Shown here one piece after another: positions 9,819 to 20,768 of a stretch of 64,000 nucleotides of DNA; position 1 is the first letter of the stretch, and each line of letters begins with the position of its first letter. The DNA is from Candidatus Nomurabacteria bacterium (GTDB lineage Bacteria; Patescibacteriota; Minisyncoccia; Phycocordibacterales; UBA918): the NCBI GenBank assembly GCA_023898585.1, contig CP060229.1, positions 462,763-526,762 on the forward strand. The letters run 5' to 3'. The position numbers were made by a program, and so were the translations under genes. The notes below the pieces were generated by a model, which saw nothing but the letters and a program-made list of their open reading frames with translations, made no database searches and was not told the origin of the DNA.

Positions 9819-9987
9819 AAAAAACATGGCAACCTACTAGCTTCGTTGGTCTGCGATAATTTTTCTTTCATCGTACGTCCAGTACGGCTCAAGAAAAATT
9901 TCTTGACCGCCTCGCTATCAAGTCACCCTGTTTTTTAAAAAGACTTGGAATTCTTGAGATTTGCTTTGAAACTAAATTATTAAATTT

Positions 9988-10194
9988 ATGACTGAAAATA
10001 AAGAACAAACTATCAACCCACCAGCCCATCATATTGATTACAAAGACATCAATCGTCTCAGGAATCATATCAATCCTCACGCCAGGATGATGGGGCGACG
10101 CCGTACCGGCATGACGGCGAAGGGACAACGTAATTTCGCGCGTGCAATTAAACGGGCGAGGTTCATGGCCTTGTTGCCCTATATCCAGCACTAG
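9988..10194 (+). CDS. rpsR: ribosomal protein S18
   Basis: IDYKDINRLRNHINPHARMMGRRRTGMTAKGQRNFARAIKRARFMALLPY. Confidence 0.85.
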   Translation: MTENKEQTINPPAHHIDYKDINRLRNHINPHARMMGRRRTGMTAKGQRNFARAIKRARFMALLPYIQH

Positions 10195-10200
10195 AAGTAA

Positions 10201-10233
10201 AAGAGCCGGGCACCGAAGGTGCCCGGCTCTTTA
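10201..10233. terminator. bidirectional hairpin AAAGAGCCGGGCACC-GAAG-GTGCCCGGCTCTTT between rpsR and efp
   Basis: Perfect inverted repeat flanked by A/T runs. Confidence 0.7.
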
Positions 10234-10312
10234 ACTTTACCTCTCCCCAAGCCTTAGACTCAATCAATAAAACCTTGCGTATCACGCTCGGACACATTTA
10301 GGTAATCACTTG

Positions 10313-10888
10313 CTAAGCCTTATCCACTCGCGCGGAATATTCACCCGTGTCAGTATTAACGGCTATTACATCACCCTTATTGATAAACTGGGGTACTTGG
10401 AGGACAAATCCGGTACTGAGGGTGACTTCCTTAGTTGCGCCACTTGAAGTATTGCCCTTAACCGCATCCGGAGACTCCACCACCTTGAGTTCCACCTTGA
10501 TCGGAGTGGTTATGCTCATGATTTTATCGTTAAATACTACAGCTTCAACCAGGCTGTTTTCCGGCACAAAGTTATTCAAGTGACCAACCACTTCGCTACT
10601 GAGATGAAATCTCGCGCTTGGGTTGTTTGGTTCACAAAACCAATATTCACCCCTGTTTTCATAGAGGTATTTAACTTCCTTTTTGGAAATGTCAGCCTCT
10701 TCCAAAACATCAGACTGGTGCAGAGTCTTCTCTATTACTTGGCCGGTGCGTAGGTTCTTCATCCGCACGTTGTTACTGGCCTTTTGACGGTCTTTTTTAG
10801 CTATGTTTGAGGAAAGGACAAGATAGGGGTCACCGTTCATAGTGACTGTTTTTTTGGGAGTGACGTTGCTGTATTCGATCTTGGCCAT
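10313..10888 (-). CDS. efp: elongation factor P
   Basis: 191 aa from MAKIEYSNVTPKK...; three-domain EF-P architecture, KNLRTGQVIEKT loop region. Confidence 0.85.
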   Translation of the reverse strand: MAKIEYSNVTPKKTVTMNGDPYLVLSSNIAKKDRQKASNNVRMKNLRTGQVIEKTLHQSDVLEEADISKKEVKYLYENRGEYWFCEPNNPSARFHLSSEVVGHLNNFVPENSLVEAVVFNDKIMSITTPIKVELKVVESPDAVKGNTSSGATKEVTLSTGFVLQVPQFINKGDVIAVNTDTGEYSARVDKA

Positions 10889-10998
10889 GGGAATTGAATA
10901 AAATATTATTTGTAATTGTGGCATATCCTAGCAAATTCACCCTAAAAAGAAAATTGCGCAACTACTGGTTATTATGGATAGTGATAATATAGGAGAAT

Positions 10999-11592
10999 AT
11001 GCTCGGAATAACTACGACAGACGATGCTTCAGAATGGGAAGACGAGGAAATTCTGATCAAATCACAATCTTCACCTTGGTTGTATACAATCCTGGTTAAA
11101 CGCTACCAAGACCCGTTTATGCGTAAGACCCGCTCAATTATCCATAATCCGCTCGACGCGGAAGAAGTGGTGCAGGACGCTTTTACTAAAATCTACATTA
11201 ATGCCGACAAGTTTGAACCGCAGGCCGGAGCCAAATTCTCTTCCTGGGCTTACCGTATTCTCCTTAATACCGCGTTTACCAGGTATCAGAAAGTCGTTAA
11301 GGAAGGACAAAGGTTCACTAATATTGACCCCGAATACGAACACCTTTTCGGAGAAGAAAGTGAACACAGGGGTTTTGAGGAAAAACGCGACGGCATAGAA
11401 AGAATTTTGGAAAGAATGCCGGGACATTTTGCTTTGGTACTACGATTGCATTACTTGGAAAGGTGGTCACATCAAGATATTGCCGACAAAACCGGGGAGA
11501 ATGTCGGTACCATAAAAGCTCGTATTCATAGAGCGAAAGTAGCCTTCAGAAAAGAGGGAAAAGATGGAGAGGTGGAGGTTTTGATTGACTGA
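10999..11592 (+). CDS. RNA polymerase sigma factor, sigma-70/ECF-like
   Basis: Region 2 QDAFTKIYINADKFEP..FSSWAYRILLNTAF and region 4 HTH IADKTGENVGTIKARIHRAKVAFRKE. Confidence 0.75.
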   Translation: MLGITTTDDASEWEDEEILIKSQSSPWLYTILVKRYQDPFMRKTRSIIHNPLDAEEVVQDAFTKIYINADKFEPQAGAKFSSWAYRILLNTAFTRYQKVVKEGQRFTNIDPEYEHLFGEESEHRGFEEKRDGIERILERMPGHFALVLRLHYLERWSHQDIADKTGENVGTIKARIHRAKVAFRKEGKDGEVEVLID

Positions 11593-11636
11593 TGTTGGAT
11601 AAGGTGTTTTATTTATATGAGATTGAGTAAAATCAT

Positions 11637-12392
11637 GTGTTCTGTCAACAATGGAGAGCGGTCAAGATGAGAACTAGCACGTACGGTGATAGCGGATTCT
11701 TCAGCAGAGATATAACTTGGATTGAAACATTGCCATCTATTAAGAAATTGATGGCTATAAGATACAGTTCTGAAAAATGCTTAAACGCGGCCGGAAGAGC
11801 ATTGGTGCGAAGATGCTTTAGTAGCAAGGACGGTTTACAGACTTTTCGTGACGAAGGTTGTATGGAGCCTTTGCTCGAAGGCTTCACCCATCAGACCTGG
11901 AAAGATTTGGAAAAAGTGCAAATGTATTTACAACCAGATGAACTGGTCGTCATGTTGATCAAAGCTTTAAGAGCCCGGAAGTCGGGACTTGCGAGTATTT
12001 GTGCCGAAATTGAAGAGGTTTTTCAAAACCATCGTGATGTCGAGGTCAAACATATCTTTCAAGTGATGGAAGCTGTTCCTTCCGTCCGCAAAAGCTATTT
12101 TTGGTGGCTTCGAGGTAAGGGGCATGATATTGGTTTCCTGATATCGTGTCTTAGATTCGGTGAAGTAGCTTCAGTCACAGTTGGGGAATTGATCAAACAA
12201 AATGTTCCTCATTACCGAAAAGAATCGGTCAAAACCGAAGTGCTGGATGTTTTTAGGAATATTCCTAGGCTATCCCAAAGTACGGTTTTGATGTGGCTAC
12301 ACAATGAGAAAGTGGTTAGTCATGCGGATGTCGTAGCTTTGAAAAAGAGGTTTCATCTTACCCCACAGACCACTCGGTCGGCCGTCGCTTGA
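11637..12392 (+). CDS. hypothetical Cys-rich cytoplasmic protein immediately downstream of the sigma factor; candidate cognate regulator
   Basis: ORF only; position after an ECF-like sigma gene. Confidence 0.3.
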   Translation: MFCQQWRAVKMRTSTYGDSGFFSRDITWIETLPSIKKLMAIRYSSEKCLNAAGRALVRRCFSSKDGLQTFRDEGCMEPLLEGFTHQTWKDLEKVQMYLQPDELVVMLIKALRARKSGLASICAEIEEVFQNHRDVEVKHIFQVMEAVPSVRKSYFWWLRGKGHDIGFLISCLRFGEVASVTVGELIKQNVPHYRKESVKTEVLDVFRNIPRLSQSTVLMWLHNEKVVSHADVVALKKRFHLTPQTTRSAVA

Positions 12393-12462
12393 TAATTAAG
12401 CAAATAACCCTAAATTTTATTCCAAACTGCCCTGGCGCGTATGCTAGGGCTCTTTTTTAATC

Positions 12463-12843
12463 ATGCAACTTTTTTTACAATCGAAAAGTAATAGTAGGAG
12501 TATGGATACAAAAATAATGCAAAAGCAAATCATGCGTCGCGTGTATTATAGTTACCTGATCAGTATCGGTACACACTCGATGTTGTGGAGAGGTGTCTTT
12601 TTAGGAGCAACGGCCGTGCTCTTGGCTAAATGGTTGCACGTCGCCAGTATTTTCAATAATTTTCTTTCCGTACCGGTCGGAGCGGTGCCAAAGTATGTCG
12701 CGAATTCTTTTGTCAACGCCGCCACCCACGGGGAGATAATGACGGTTGTGACAATAGTTGCTTCGGGAATAATCGCTCTCTCGTCCGGTTTTCAGATTGT
12801 GAGGAGTCTGAATTGGCGGGGTGCGTCCATACAAGTCGCGTAA
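12463..12843 (+). CDS. hypothetical membrane protein
   Basis: Two to three hydrophobic helices; ORF ends at a strong terminator. Confidence 0.3.
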   Translation: MQLFLQSKSNSRSMDTKIMQKQIMRRVYYSYLISIGTHSMLWRGVFLGATAVLLAKWLHVASIFNNFLSVPVGAVPKYVANSFVNAATHGEIMTVVTIVASGIIALSSGFQIVRSLNWRGASIQVA

Positions 12844-12863
12844 TTCGTGGTACTTTGCGGTTT

Positions 12864-12895
12864 AAAAGAAGCCGGCCTTTAGGCCGGCTTCTTTT
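12864..12895. terminator. bidirectional hairpin AAAAGAAGCCGGCC-TTTA-GGCCGGCTTCTTTT
   Basis: Perfect inverted repeat between convergent genes. Confidence 0.75.
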
Positions 12896-12912
12896 AAACT
12901 TTTTCCCGCACT

Positions 12913-14130
12913 TTACTTCAAAGCCTCTTCCCGCATTCCTTTTCTGATGTTTTTCAACAGCTCATTTTTTAGCTTCTTGTCAGCCTGTAGTGTTTTACGC
13001 GCCGCGTCGTAACCTCGACCCAGTTTTACCATGGCTGATTCGTCCCCTCCCGGCGGAGTGTATGAGTAGGAAGAACCCGCCTTGGTGACCATCTTATACT
13101 TCTCACCAAGAGCTAACAATTCACCTTCGCCACTGATTCCTTCTCCGTAAATCAAGTCGAATTCAGTGGTGCGGAATGGGGAAGCGACTTTGTTCTTAAC
13201 CACTTTGACTCTATGTCGGCCACCTACCACCTCATCACCCTTTTTGATCTGGGCGATACGGCGAATGTCCAGTCGAACGGAAGTGTAGAATTTAAGGGCT
13301 TTTCCACCCGGAGTGGTTTCCGGATTACCGAACATAACACCGATTTGCATACGAATTTGGTTGATAAATATCACCACGGTTTTGCTTTTTGACACGATAC
13401 CAGTCAGTTTACGTAACGCCTGGCTCATTAGGCGCGCTTGCTTTCCGACGTGATGTGCTCCCATTTCGCCCTCGATTTCATCTCGTGGGGTGAGGGCAGC
13501 GACTGAATCAATTACCACCACATCAAGTTTTCCCGAGCGCACCAAGGATTCAACGATCTCCAAGGCCTGTTCCCCGTTGTCCGGCTGGGAAATCAGTAGC
13601 TCATCCAGCTTCACGCCCAAATTGCCGGCATAAACCGGGTCCATTGCGTGTTCAGCGTCAATAAAGGCACAGATACCGCCTCCTTTTTGCGCTTCAGCGA
13701 TGGCATGGAGGGCCAATGTTGTCTTACCGGAAGATTCTGGTCCGTAAATCTCTATAATCCTCCCCCTTGGGTAACCGCCGATACCGAGAGCGTCGTCCAG
13801 TCCGATAGAACCGGTTGATATTGCTTCCACGTCGACTTTTCTACTTTCGTCCAGAGTCATAATGGCGTCGTCGCCAAACTTAGTTTTTATACTGCGTAAG
13901 GTCTCTATTATTTCTTTGGAAGATTCTTTGGTGCCTTTTTTCTCGGACGGGGAAGAGGCTACCTCCTTGGTGCTTTTTCGGTCATCTTTTTCAACCTCCT
14001 TGGTGCTTTTTCGGTCATCTTTTTCAACCTCAGCTTCTTTATCTTCCTTGGTGGTTTTTTTAGGTTTTGCTGGCATATTTTTTGTTTGTGAGTGCTTATT
14101 TGGTCGGAATATATTATTCCCAATATTCAA
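12913..14130 (-). CDS. recA: RecA recombinase with a Lys/Glu-rich N-terminal extension
   Basis: [24 protein letters not shown] Walker A, full RecA core; the N-terminal extension contains a tandem repeat [11 protein letters not shown] x2. Confidence 0.9.
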   Translation of the reverse strand: MNIGNNIFRPNKHSQTKNMPAKPKKTTKEDKEAEVEKDDRKSTKEVEKDDRKSTKEVASSPSEKKGTKESSKEIIETLRSIKTKFGDDAIMTLDESRKVDVEAISTGSIGLDDALGIGGYPRGRIIEIYGPESSGKTTLALHAIAEAQKGGGICAFIDAEHAMDPVYAGNLGVKLDELLISQPDNGEQALEIVESLVRSGKLDVVVIDSVAALTPRDEIEGEMGAHHVGKQARLMSQALRKLTGIVSKSKTVVIFINQIRMQIGVMFGNPETTPGGKALKFYTSVRLDIRRIAQIKKGDEVVGGRHRVKVVKNKVASPFRTTEFDLIYGEGISGEGELLALGEKYKMVTKAGSSYSYTPPGGDESAMVKLGRGYDAARKTLQADKKLKNELLKNIRKGMREEALK

Positions 14131-14311
14131 TACTTAAAATACTTAATTTTGAAGCATATCTTATATCTATTGTGGGTATAAGTCGTCCGACCTCCAACAC
14201 TGACTGGCTAACTGATAATATTTCATTGATTATACAGGCTTTACTCGTCCCTCGCTATATGAGATATGAATGTTCTGTAATGTCACCTGATTTTCTCATG
14301 TTGACTTAATC

Positions 14312-14692
14312 TCATTTTATTTCACCGGCAAAACTGACTGGGGCGTAGACGAAACCTCTTGTCACTTTGGTTTCTCGTCCGTACCTGTCCTTGGCTCGCA
14401 AAGTGGCTACAGTGTATCCGTTTTCCAGCACCAATGCTTCATTGAATTTACCTTGAGCGTCGGTATATATCGGTCGATCATTCAGCCACAGGTGAGAAAT
14501 ATTATGAGTCCTGCCACTTAAAAAGATTTGTCGTTCATTATGCAGTAGACCGGCCTCATCGGTTAGATTGATTTGTGGCCCGATGATGATAAATCTGGCC
14601 TGGAAGGTTATGTACGTCAAGATACACAGAAAACCGATTGTTAACAAAATGAATCTGATAAAAGATTTAAAGTGGATGTTTTCTTCTATCAT
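14312..14692 (-). CDS. hypothetical membrane-anchored protein downstream of ftsK
   Basis: N-terminal TM helix followed by a beta-rich domain. Confidence 0.3.
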   Translation of the reverse strand: MIEENIHFKSFIRFILLTIGFLCILTYITFQARFIIIGPQINLTDEAGLLHNERQIFLSGRTHNISHLWLNDRPIYTDAQGKFNEALVLENGYTVATLRAKDRYGRETKVTRGFVYAPVSFAGEIK

Positions 14693-14710
14693 GCTGATCT
14701 GGTGTTTGGC

Positions 14711-16933
14711 TTAAAATCTCCGCTCAGAGGCATTTTCTTCAAAGTCGTCTTCGTCATCACCGTCTGAGTCGTGACCTCCTGCTTGTCCGCCTGTGAGAAT
14801 TTCACGAGCTTTCGAACCATCCGCTGGTCCGATCACGCCATTTTCTTCCAACAGATCCATGAGACGAGCAGCTCTTGAATACCCAACTCTCAGTTTTCGC
14901 TGTATGTATGAGGTCGAGGCCTTACCAGCTTCTATAACAGCCATTTTTGCGTCGTCATACAATTCGTCATCGCTATCGTCGTTGCCACCGATCATGGCGT
15001 TGAAGACGGAATCATTGCTGCTACCAGATTGTTCATCGAAGTTGATAGTGTCGAGCTCTTGGGCGTCTTGGTTTTTGAGGTACTCAACCACTTTCTTGAT
15101 TTCTTCTTCCGTTACATAAGCCGATTGCAGGCGAACTGGCTTGGGGCTGTCAGAAGAAAGATAGAGCATGTCACCCGCTCCAAGAAGTTTTTCGGCCCCT
15201 ACTGTATCAATGATCGTTCTGGAATCTATTTGGGAAGCAACCGCCATCGCGATACGAGTCGGCACGTTGGCTTTAATTGTACCGGTGATGACGTTAACTG
15301 ACGGTCGTTGGGTTGCCAGAACAAGGTGAATACCGACGGCTCTACTCATTTGCGCTAGTCGCACAATACAAGCCTCCAGCTCGCGGGGGTAGGCTTGCAT
15401 CAGGTCATTGAGCTCGTCAAGAATAATTACTATATATGGTAAAGCCTCAGGTAAGTTGACTCGCTCTTCCTCGCTCGACCCAGCCTCCTCCCAAGCTTTT
15501 TTAGCCGGCTGATAGGTGTTTTTGTGGTAGGAAGTGATGTTTTGCACTTGTTCAGCTTCCAGTATATCGTAACGCCTCTCCATTTCTTTTACCGCCCACG
15601 AAAGAGCCTGGATGGCTTTTTTAGCTTGAGTGATAACCGGAGTCAACAGATGGGGAATGTTGTTGTAGAGGGTGAGTTCAACTCTTTTGGGGTCAACCAA
15701 AATGAATCTGAGTTGGTCCGGGGAATTACGATAGAGGAGTGAGATGATTATGTTTTGAATAGCAACCGATTTTCCGGAACCGGTGGTACCGGCAATCAGT
15801 CCGTGAGGCATGCGAGCGATATTGGCGAAATGAACATGACCGGTCACATCTTTACCAAGAGCAACGATCAATGGGTGTGGCGAGTCAGTATACTCCGGGG
15901 TAGACAGCATAGAGGCCAGCCCGACGGTGGCGCGAGTTTGATTCGGCACCTCGATACCGACCAGTGATTTGCCGGGGATCGGAGCCTCGATTCGAATCGA
16001 GCTGGCTTTCAGTGCGAGTTGGAGCTCTTGTTGTAGTCCGGCGATTTTGGCAATTCTGACTCCTTGCGCGGGTTTTAGGGCGTAGCGGGTTATAGTTGGA
16101 CCGCTCTCGACCGCATCCATCTCCACGCTGATTCCGAATTCCCGCAAAGTTCGTTTAATGGTGTTGGCGTTAGCCTTGACATCACCAATTTGGGCCTTGC
16201 CTTTTTCCTTGTTCAGGAGATTGAGGGAAGGAGCGACGTAAGTGCCACTGAAGTTTTTAATGAAAATTTCCCCCGTTTTTGATTTGCCGAAATTGGATAT
16301 TTTTTGTGTCACGGAAGCTAGTCCGGAAGTTTCTTCATCGCTCTCTTCGTTTTCGGTATTGTCAGTGATGTCGACTGCCTTAACACCATCGCTCAGTATG
16401 TCAATAGATTCTATATCGGCGTCAACCTGCACCTCTTTCTTTTTACCAAGGAAGGGCACTTTTAAGCCGGTGTTGAAAAGGAGAAAGAGTGATATGAGAA
16501 ATAGTCCGAATATCAAAGTTCCGGTAACAGGACCACCGAGCATGGTTGAGAGTGGGGTGGAGATTATCCAGCCGACGTAACCCCCAAGATCGGGACCCTT
16601 GAGTTCGAGTGCTCCGAGCAGGGAAACGAAAAGCAGTACAGTACCGGTCACCTTTGCTCCACTTACCTCCTGGTCTTCCTCTCTCGGGTTTAATAATACA
16701 TATATGTAGAGTGCACAGATGACGGGAGCCAGCCAAGCTCCAAATCCAAAAAGTGCCACCAAGACTTTACCCATCAAGACACCGGCCGGACCAGCATAAT
16801 CGAGCAGTGAAAAAATAAAAAAAATCGCAATCACCCCCATTACCACGGCCCAAATCGCTTGTTTGGCATGAGGAGACAAATCCGCAAAGATCGGTCTTTT
16901 TTCAGTTTTGTTGTTTTGTTTCTTTCGAGCCAT
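14711..16933 (-). CDS. ftsK: DNA translocase FtsK
   Basis: N-terminal TM helices, motor domain GLIAGTTGSGKSVAIQNII, C-terminal winged-helix gamma domain; start taken at MARKKQ. Confidence 0.9.
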   Translation of the reverse strand: MARKKQNNKTEKRPIFADLSPHAKQAIWAVVMGVIAIFFIFSLLDYAGPAGVLMGKVLVALFGFGAWLAPVICALYIYVLLNPREEDQEVSGAKVTGTVLLFVSLLGALELKGPDLGGYVGWIISTPLSTMLGGPVTGTLIFGLFLISLFLLFNTGLKVPFLGKKKEVQVDADIESIDILSDGVKAVDITDNTENEESDEETSGLASVTQKISNFGKSKTGEIFIKNFSGTYVAPSLNLLNKEKGKAQIGDVKANANTIKRTLREFGISVEMDAVESGPTITRYALKPAQGVRIAKIAGLQQELQLALKASSIRIEAPIPGKSLVGIEVPNQTRATVGLASMLSTPEYTDSPHPLIVALGKDVTGHVHFANIARMPHGLIAGTTGSGKSVAIQNIIISLLYRNSPDQLRFILVDPKRVELTLYNNIPHLLTPVITQAKKAIQALSWAVKEMERRYDILEAEQVQNITSYHKNTYQPAKKAWEEAGSSEEERVNLPEALPYIVIILDELNDLMQAYPRELEACIVRLAQMSRAVGIHLVLATQRPSVNVITGTIKANVPTRIAMAVASQIDSRTIIDTVGAEKLLGAGDMLYLSSDSPKPVRLQSAYVTEEEIKKVVEYLKNQDAQELDTINFDEQSGSSNDSVFNAMIGGNDDSDDELYDDAKMAVIEAGKASTSYIQRKLRVGYSRAARLMDLLEENGVIGPADGSKAREILTGGQAGGHDSDGDDEDDFEENASERRF

Positions 16934-17125
16934 AAAATGAATTAATACCAAGGTAAAAACATACCAATAATAGCACGTGAATCGGCGCATTTCCTCTCTA
17001 CTGGAACATCAAATCGCAAAGGACAGTATTTCGGACAATACTTGCAAAGTTCAAAAATGTCTCTATAGTTATATTTACGGGACAAAGACAAAGTCTTTGA
17101 ATTTCTGTAAAGAACAAAATACAGT

Positions 17126-17866
17126 ATGCAAACAGAAAAAGACAAAGTAATACAGCTTAAAAGACTATCAGGCAATACAGACTACTATAATAATGTCTTT
17201 AAAAAGACTGAGAAAATAGTGTCCGTTATTTTTTATATTCTGTCCGAAATAAAAACAGTACCGGCAACAGAGACACACACGCAAATAATAAGAGACAGAG
17301 CATTAAAGACACACGAGCTGTCCCTTGAGACACTGACCTTTCAACCACACGAACAACATGAAGGACTGCTCCGTTTTCAATATGGTCTTGTTGGCCTTGA
17401 GAGTACGCTTCGGGTCGCTAAGACGGCCGGGGTCATACCGGAAGATATATTCATGTTGCTGGCTGATCAGACGGACTCAGTACTGCGATACATCAATAAT
17501 CATTTTTTGCAAAACGAAGGGATACCAACCGAAGAACTAACTGGCAATTTGGTAGTCGGGAGTGTCTCCAAGTCAACTCCAAAATCATCTACAGTGGCTA
17601 CTGCCAACAGACAAAGAAGGGTAAATATTCCAGCTGGGGACATAAGTACAGATGCTTACTTGGTCTATAGCCAACTGACGGACAGGGCAGAGAGAATAAA
17701 GACAGTCCTTGAAGCCAAACCTGAAGCTTCCATTAAAGACATCGCGGAGGTGATAACAGACGTGAGTGAAAAGACAATCCAGAGGGAACTAAATAGTCTT
17801 ATAGAAAAAGGACAAGTTTTGCGTGAGGGGGAGAGACGCTGGTCAAAGTATTCAGTTGTTAAGTAA
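17126..17866 (+). CDS. hypothetical protein with C-terminal winged-helix DNA-binding-like segment
   Basis: C-terminus IKDIAEVITDVSEKTIQRELNSLIEKGQVLREGERRWSKY resembles a wHTH. Confidence 0.3.
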   Translation: MQTEKDKVIQLKRLSGNTDYYNNVFKKTEKIVSVIFYILSEIKTVPATETHTQIIRDRALKTHELSLETLTFQPHEQHEGLLRFQYGLVGLESTLRVAKTAGVIPEDIFMLLADQTDSVLRYINNHFLQNEGIPTEELTGNLVVGSVSKSTPKSSTVATANRQRRVNIPAGDISTDAYLVYSQLTDRAERIKTVLEAKPEASIKDIAEVITDVSEKTIQRELNSLIEKGQVLREGERRWSKYSVVK

Positions 17867-17873
17867 TCTTACT

Positions 17874-18203
17874 TTAAGAGTCGTATGTCTCATAGATAGT
17901 GACTCTGAGAATTCTTTTTACAGACAGAAAAGTTTTGCTGAGATTTTTATAGTACAGTGTTGTCTCAAGAAAAAATGGTGCCTTGAGCCTGTCTAATCCA
18001 TCTGGCTGAAGGACGTTCCTATAAACTTGGTCATCGTTCAAGTTTTTTGCTGATTCCTCCGTTTGCAAAATTGTTTTTTTTGTTACATAGTTTGCAGTGG
18101 CTCGTAAGAAGAGGCAGGGCTTATCGTCATCAATGAGAGACAGGAGATAGTGTATTTTTTGGCCTATAATTCTCACGGAAATTTTGGATAGTTGCGTGTT
18201 CAT
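17874..18203 (-). CDS. hypothetical protein
   Basis: ORF only. Confidence 0.25.
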   Translation of the reverse strand: MNTQLSKISVRIIGQKIHYLLSLIDDDKPCLFLRATANYVTKKTILQTEESAKNLNDDQVYRNVLQPDGLDRLKAPFFLETTLYYKNLSKTFLSVKRILRVTIYETYDS

Positions 18204-18650
18204 AACACCACGTATCCACAACCTGTGAACTCCACGAATTACCAAAAGATGTTATTATCTTCATGTGCGCTGGTGCGCTTTTTTTCTAAGTCTTTTCCAT
18301 GCTTTGTGCGGAACACAAGTGCGCGTGAGGACAGCAGAAATGCACCGGAGTTATGAATGTTCTTTGACAACCTTACGAATGTAAGAATCACATGGCAGAG
18401 TGACTATGTGATCATATTTGAAAAATTACCGCCTGACCTTATCCTTTTTATTTTTCTGATAATTCAAGATACTCGGATGGAATTCGCAGCTAACCTCCAC
18501 ATCTTCGGATGTGAAGTTAGTGATATTCGGTAAGTGACTTGATAACTCACTTACTAAATATGAATTAATTCATATTATTAGATATATCAAGTAACGCCTC
18601 TCAAAAGAGGCACGCGTAGTAATTACGCACAATTACAGTTAATTTTAGTT

Positions 18651-20693
18651 ATGACTCAAACAAACAGTATTGTCTCAAAGCTCGTTGTAGCTTTTGTGGC
18701 AGTTGCTATGGTCTTCTCGTCTTTCGCTGCATCAGCAAGCGCACAGACCACAGAAGAATTGCAACAAATGATCAATGACTTGCTGGCACAAGTTGCAGCC
18801 CTCCAAACACAAGCTGGACAGGGTTCAATGTCTTCAGCCAGCGTATGTCCTTACACTTGGACACGTGACCTTACACAAGGTGCAAGTGGAGCAGATGTAA
18901 AGATGCTTCAACAGTTCCTAAACGCTGACGCTGATACACGAGTAGCAGCCGAAGGTGCAGGTTCAGTTGGAATGGAAACAGAATTTTACGGTCCTGCAAC
19001 AGCAGCCGCTGTTTCTAAACTACAAGTAAAGTATCGTTCAGATATTCTTTCACCAGCTAACTTGGTTAATCCAACCGGTTACTTCGGTCCTTCATCACGA
19101 GCTAAGGCAAACATGCTTTGCGCAAGCGCTCCTTCAGTTGATGACGAAGAAGAAATGACTGACGATGAGGAAGAAGAACAGGATGACTCATCAGTGACTC
19201 TCGGTGGCGAAGCTTCACTCAACAAGTTTGAAGTGGCTGACGCTGACGATGACACCGTTCAGGAAGGCGACGAGGACGTTGCTATCGGTATCTTCACCGT
19301 AGAATTCAAAGATGGAGATGCTGAGATTTCACGTATTGACATCGCTCTTGAATCAGCTGGAGGTGGAACTGACGATGAGCAAGATCCGTGGGACACTTTT
19401 GACACCGTTTCACTTTGGGTAGATGGTGACAAAGTTGCTGAAGAAGATGCTAATAGCCGTCGTAGTGACTACCTAGATGACGCTGATGGTTCAATCCGTT
19501 TCTCCGGTCTTGACATCGTAGCAATGGAAGACGAAGAAGTAGAAATCACCGTAGCTGCTTCATTGCAGACCGGTATGGATGACGGATCTGACGGTGAGGA
19601 TTGGAAGCTTCGCGCTGGTGCTCTTCGTTACTTCGACGCCGATGGTGTAGCTACTACCGAAGGTTCACAAGGTGATCTAGAAGATGATTACTCAGGTCCT
19701 TCAGCAGACTTCACTATCAACGAAGCTGGTTCTGATGATGAGCTTATTGCTAAGACTTCATCAAACGACCCAGATTCAGATACCTTCAAAACTGAAACTG
19801 ACAAGAAGTCAGACTGGTACACAGTATTCGTGTTTGACCTTGATACCGACGATTCAGCTAACGACATCACTATTAACGAGATCGTGCTTAACGTAGCTAC
19901 CACCGGTACTACTTATTCAAATCTTGTTGATGATGCTGAACTCGTGATTGATGGTACTACCATTGACGACGTAGACGTTGTTGCAACCGGCAATGAAGCA
20001 GTGCTCACCTTCAATGTTGATGGTGATGTAACTATCGACGCTGGTGACCGTGTTGAAGCAGAACTTATGCTTCGATTCAAGTCAATGTCAAACTCAGCTT
20101 ACGAAGGTTCAACTGTTCAAGGTTCTATCGACTCTCTAACTACATCAATTGTAGACGCTGAGGGTGCTGATGACCTTGGAAATGGTCAACTTTCAGGTGC
20201 TGCTACTGGTGAAGTACACACTCTCCGAACCTCTGGTATCGAAGTGTCTGTTGACTCAACCAGCGCAGAAGTTACTGTAGTAACCGATCCTGACAACGAC
20301 TATGGTACATTCGAGATCAGTCTTGATGTAACAGCGTTTGAACAGGATGTCTTCATTCCAATCAGCTCAGCTTCAACTTCATGGAAGTTGGTTGACGCTA
20401 ATGGAGCAACCATCTTGTCTACCGATACTGCATCTACTACTGTAGTTATCTCTTCATCAGCTGAAGAAGGTGGCGCAGGTGATGCTTTCTACCAAATCAA
20501 TGATGGTGAGACTGAAACAGTCACAATTACTGTTACCTACACACCAGGAAATGTGACTCCAAAGTCAGCTCGCTTGCAACTCGTATCACTCGTATTTGAC
20601 GAGACCGGTACAGCTGTGAAGACTGATGACAGTACTTGGAACGCACTTCCAGCTAACACCTTCCGTACTGACGTTAAGACCATCCAAGACTAA
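18651..20693 (+). CDS. abundant-looking secreted cell-surface protein with a PG_binding_1-like peptidoglycan-binding domain, acidic linker and Thr/Ser/Asp-rich beta region; S-layer-like candidate
   Basis: Signal peptide; CPYTWTRDLTQGASGADVKMLQQFLNADADTR...YGPATAAAVSKLQ (PG-binding fold); DDEEEMTDDEEEEQDD; codon usage biased to GCT/GGT/GAC/TTC; 400-bp hairpin-rich leader; strong terminator. Confidence 0.55.
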   Translation: MTQTNSIVSKLVVAFVAVAMVFSSFAASASAQTTEELQQMINDLLAQVAALQTQAGQGSMSSASVCPYTWTRDLTQGASGADVKMLQQFLNADADTRVAAEGAGSVGMETEFYGPATAAAVSKLQVKYRSDILSPANLVNPTGYFGPSSRAKANMLCASAPSVDDEEEMTDDEEEEQDDSSVTLGGEASLNKFEVADADDDTVQEGDEDVAIGIFTVEFKDGDAEISRIDIALESAGGGTDDEQDPWDTFDTVSLWVDGDKVAEEDANSRRSDYLDDADGSIRFSGLDIVAMEDEEVEITVAASLQTGMDDGSDGEDWKLRAGALRYFDADGVATTEGSQGDLEDDYSGPSADFTINEAGSDDELIAKTSSNDPDSDTFKTETDKKSDWYTVFVFDLDTDDSANDITINEIVLNVATTGTTYSNLVDDAELVIDGTTIDDVDVVATGNEAVLTFNVDGDVTIDAGDRVEAELMLRFKSMSNSAYEGSTVQGSIDSLTTSIVDAEGADDLGNGQLSGAATGEVHTLRTSGIEVSVDSTSAEVTVVTDPDNDYGTFEISLDVTAFEQDVFIPISSASTSWKLVDANGATILSTDTASTTVVISSSAEEGGAGDAFYQINDGETETVTITVTYTPGNVTPKSARLQLVSLVFDETGTAVKTDDSTWNALPANTFRTDVKTIQD

Positions 20694-20742
20694 TCTCTTG
20701 GTAGGTAAGAGACCAGAACGGCTAGCTTAGCTATAAGACAGA

Positions 20743-20768
20743 CAAAACCCCGCTTCGGCGGGGTTTTG
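20743..20768. terminator. hairpin AAAACCCCGC-TTCG-GCGGGGTTTT after the surface protein gene
   Basis: Perfect inverted repeat with U-tract. Confidence 0.75.
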
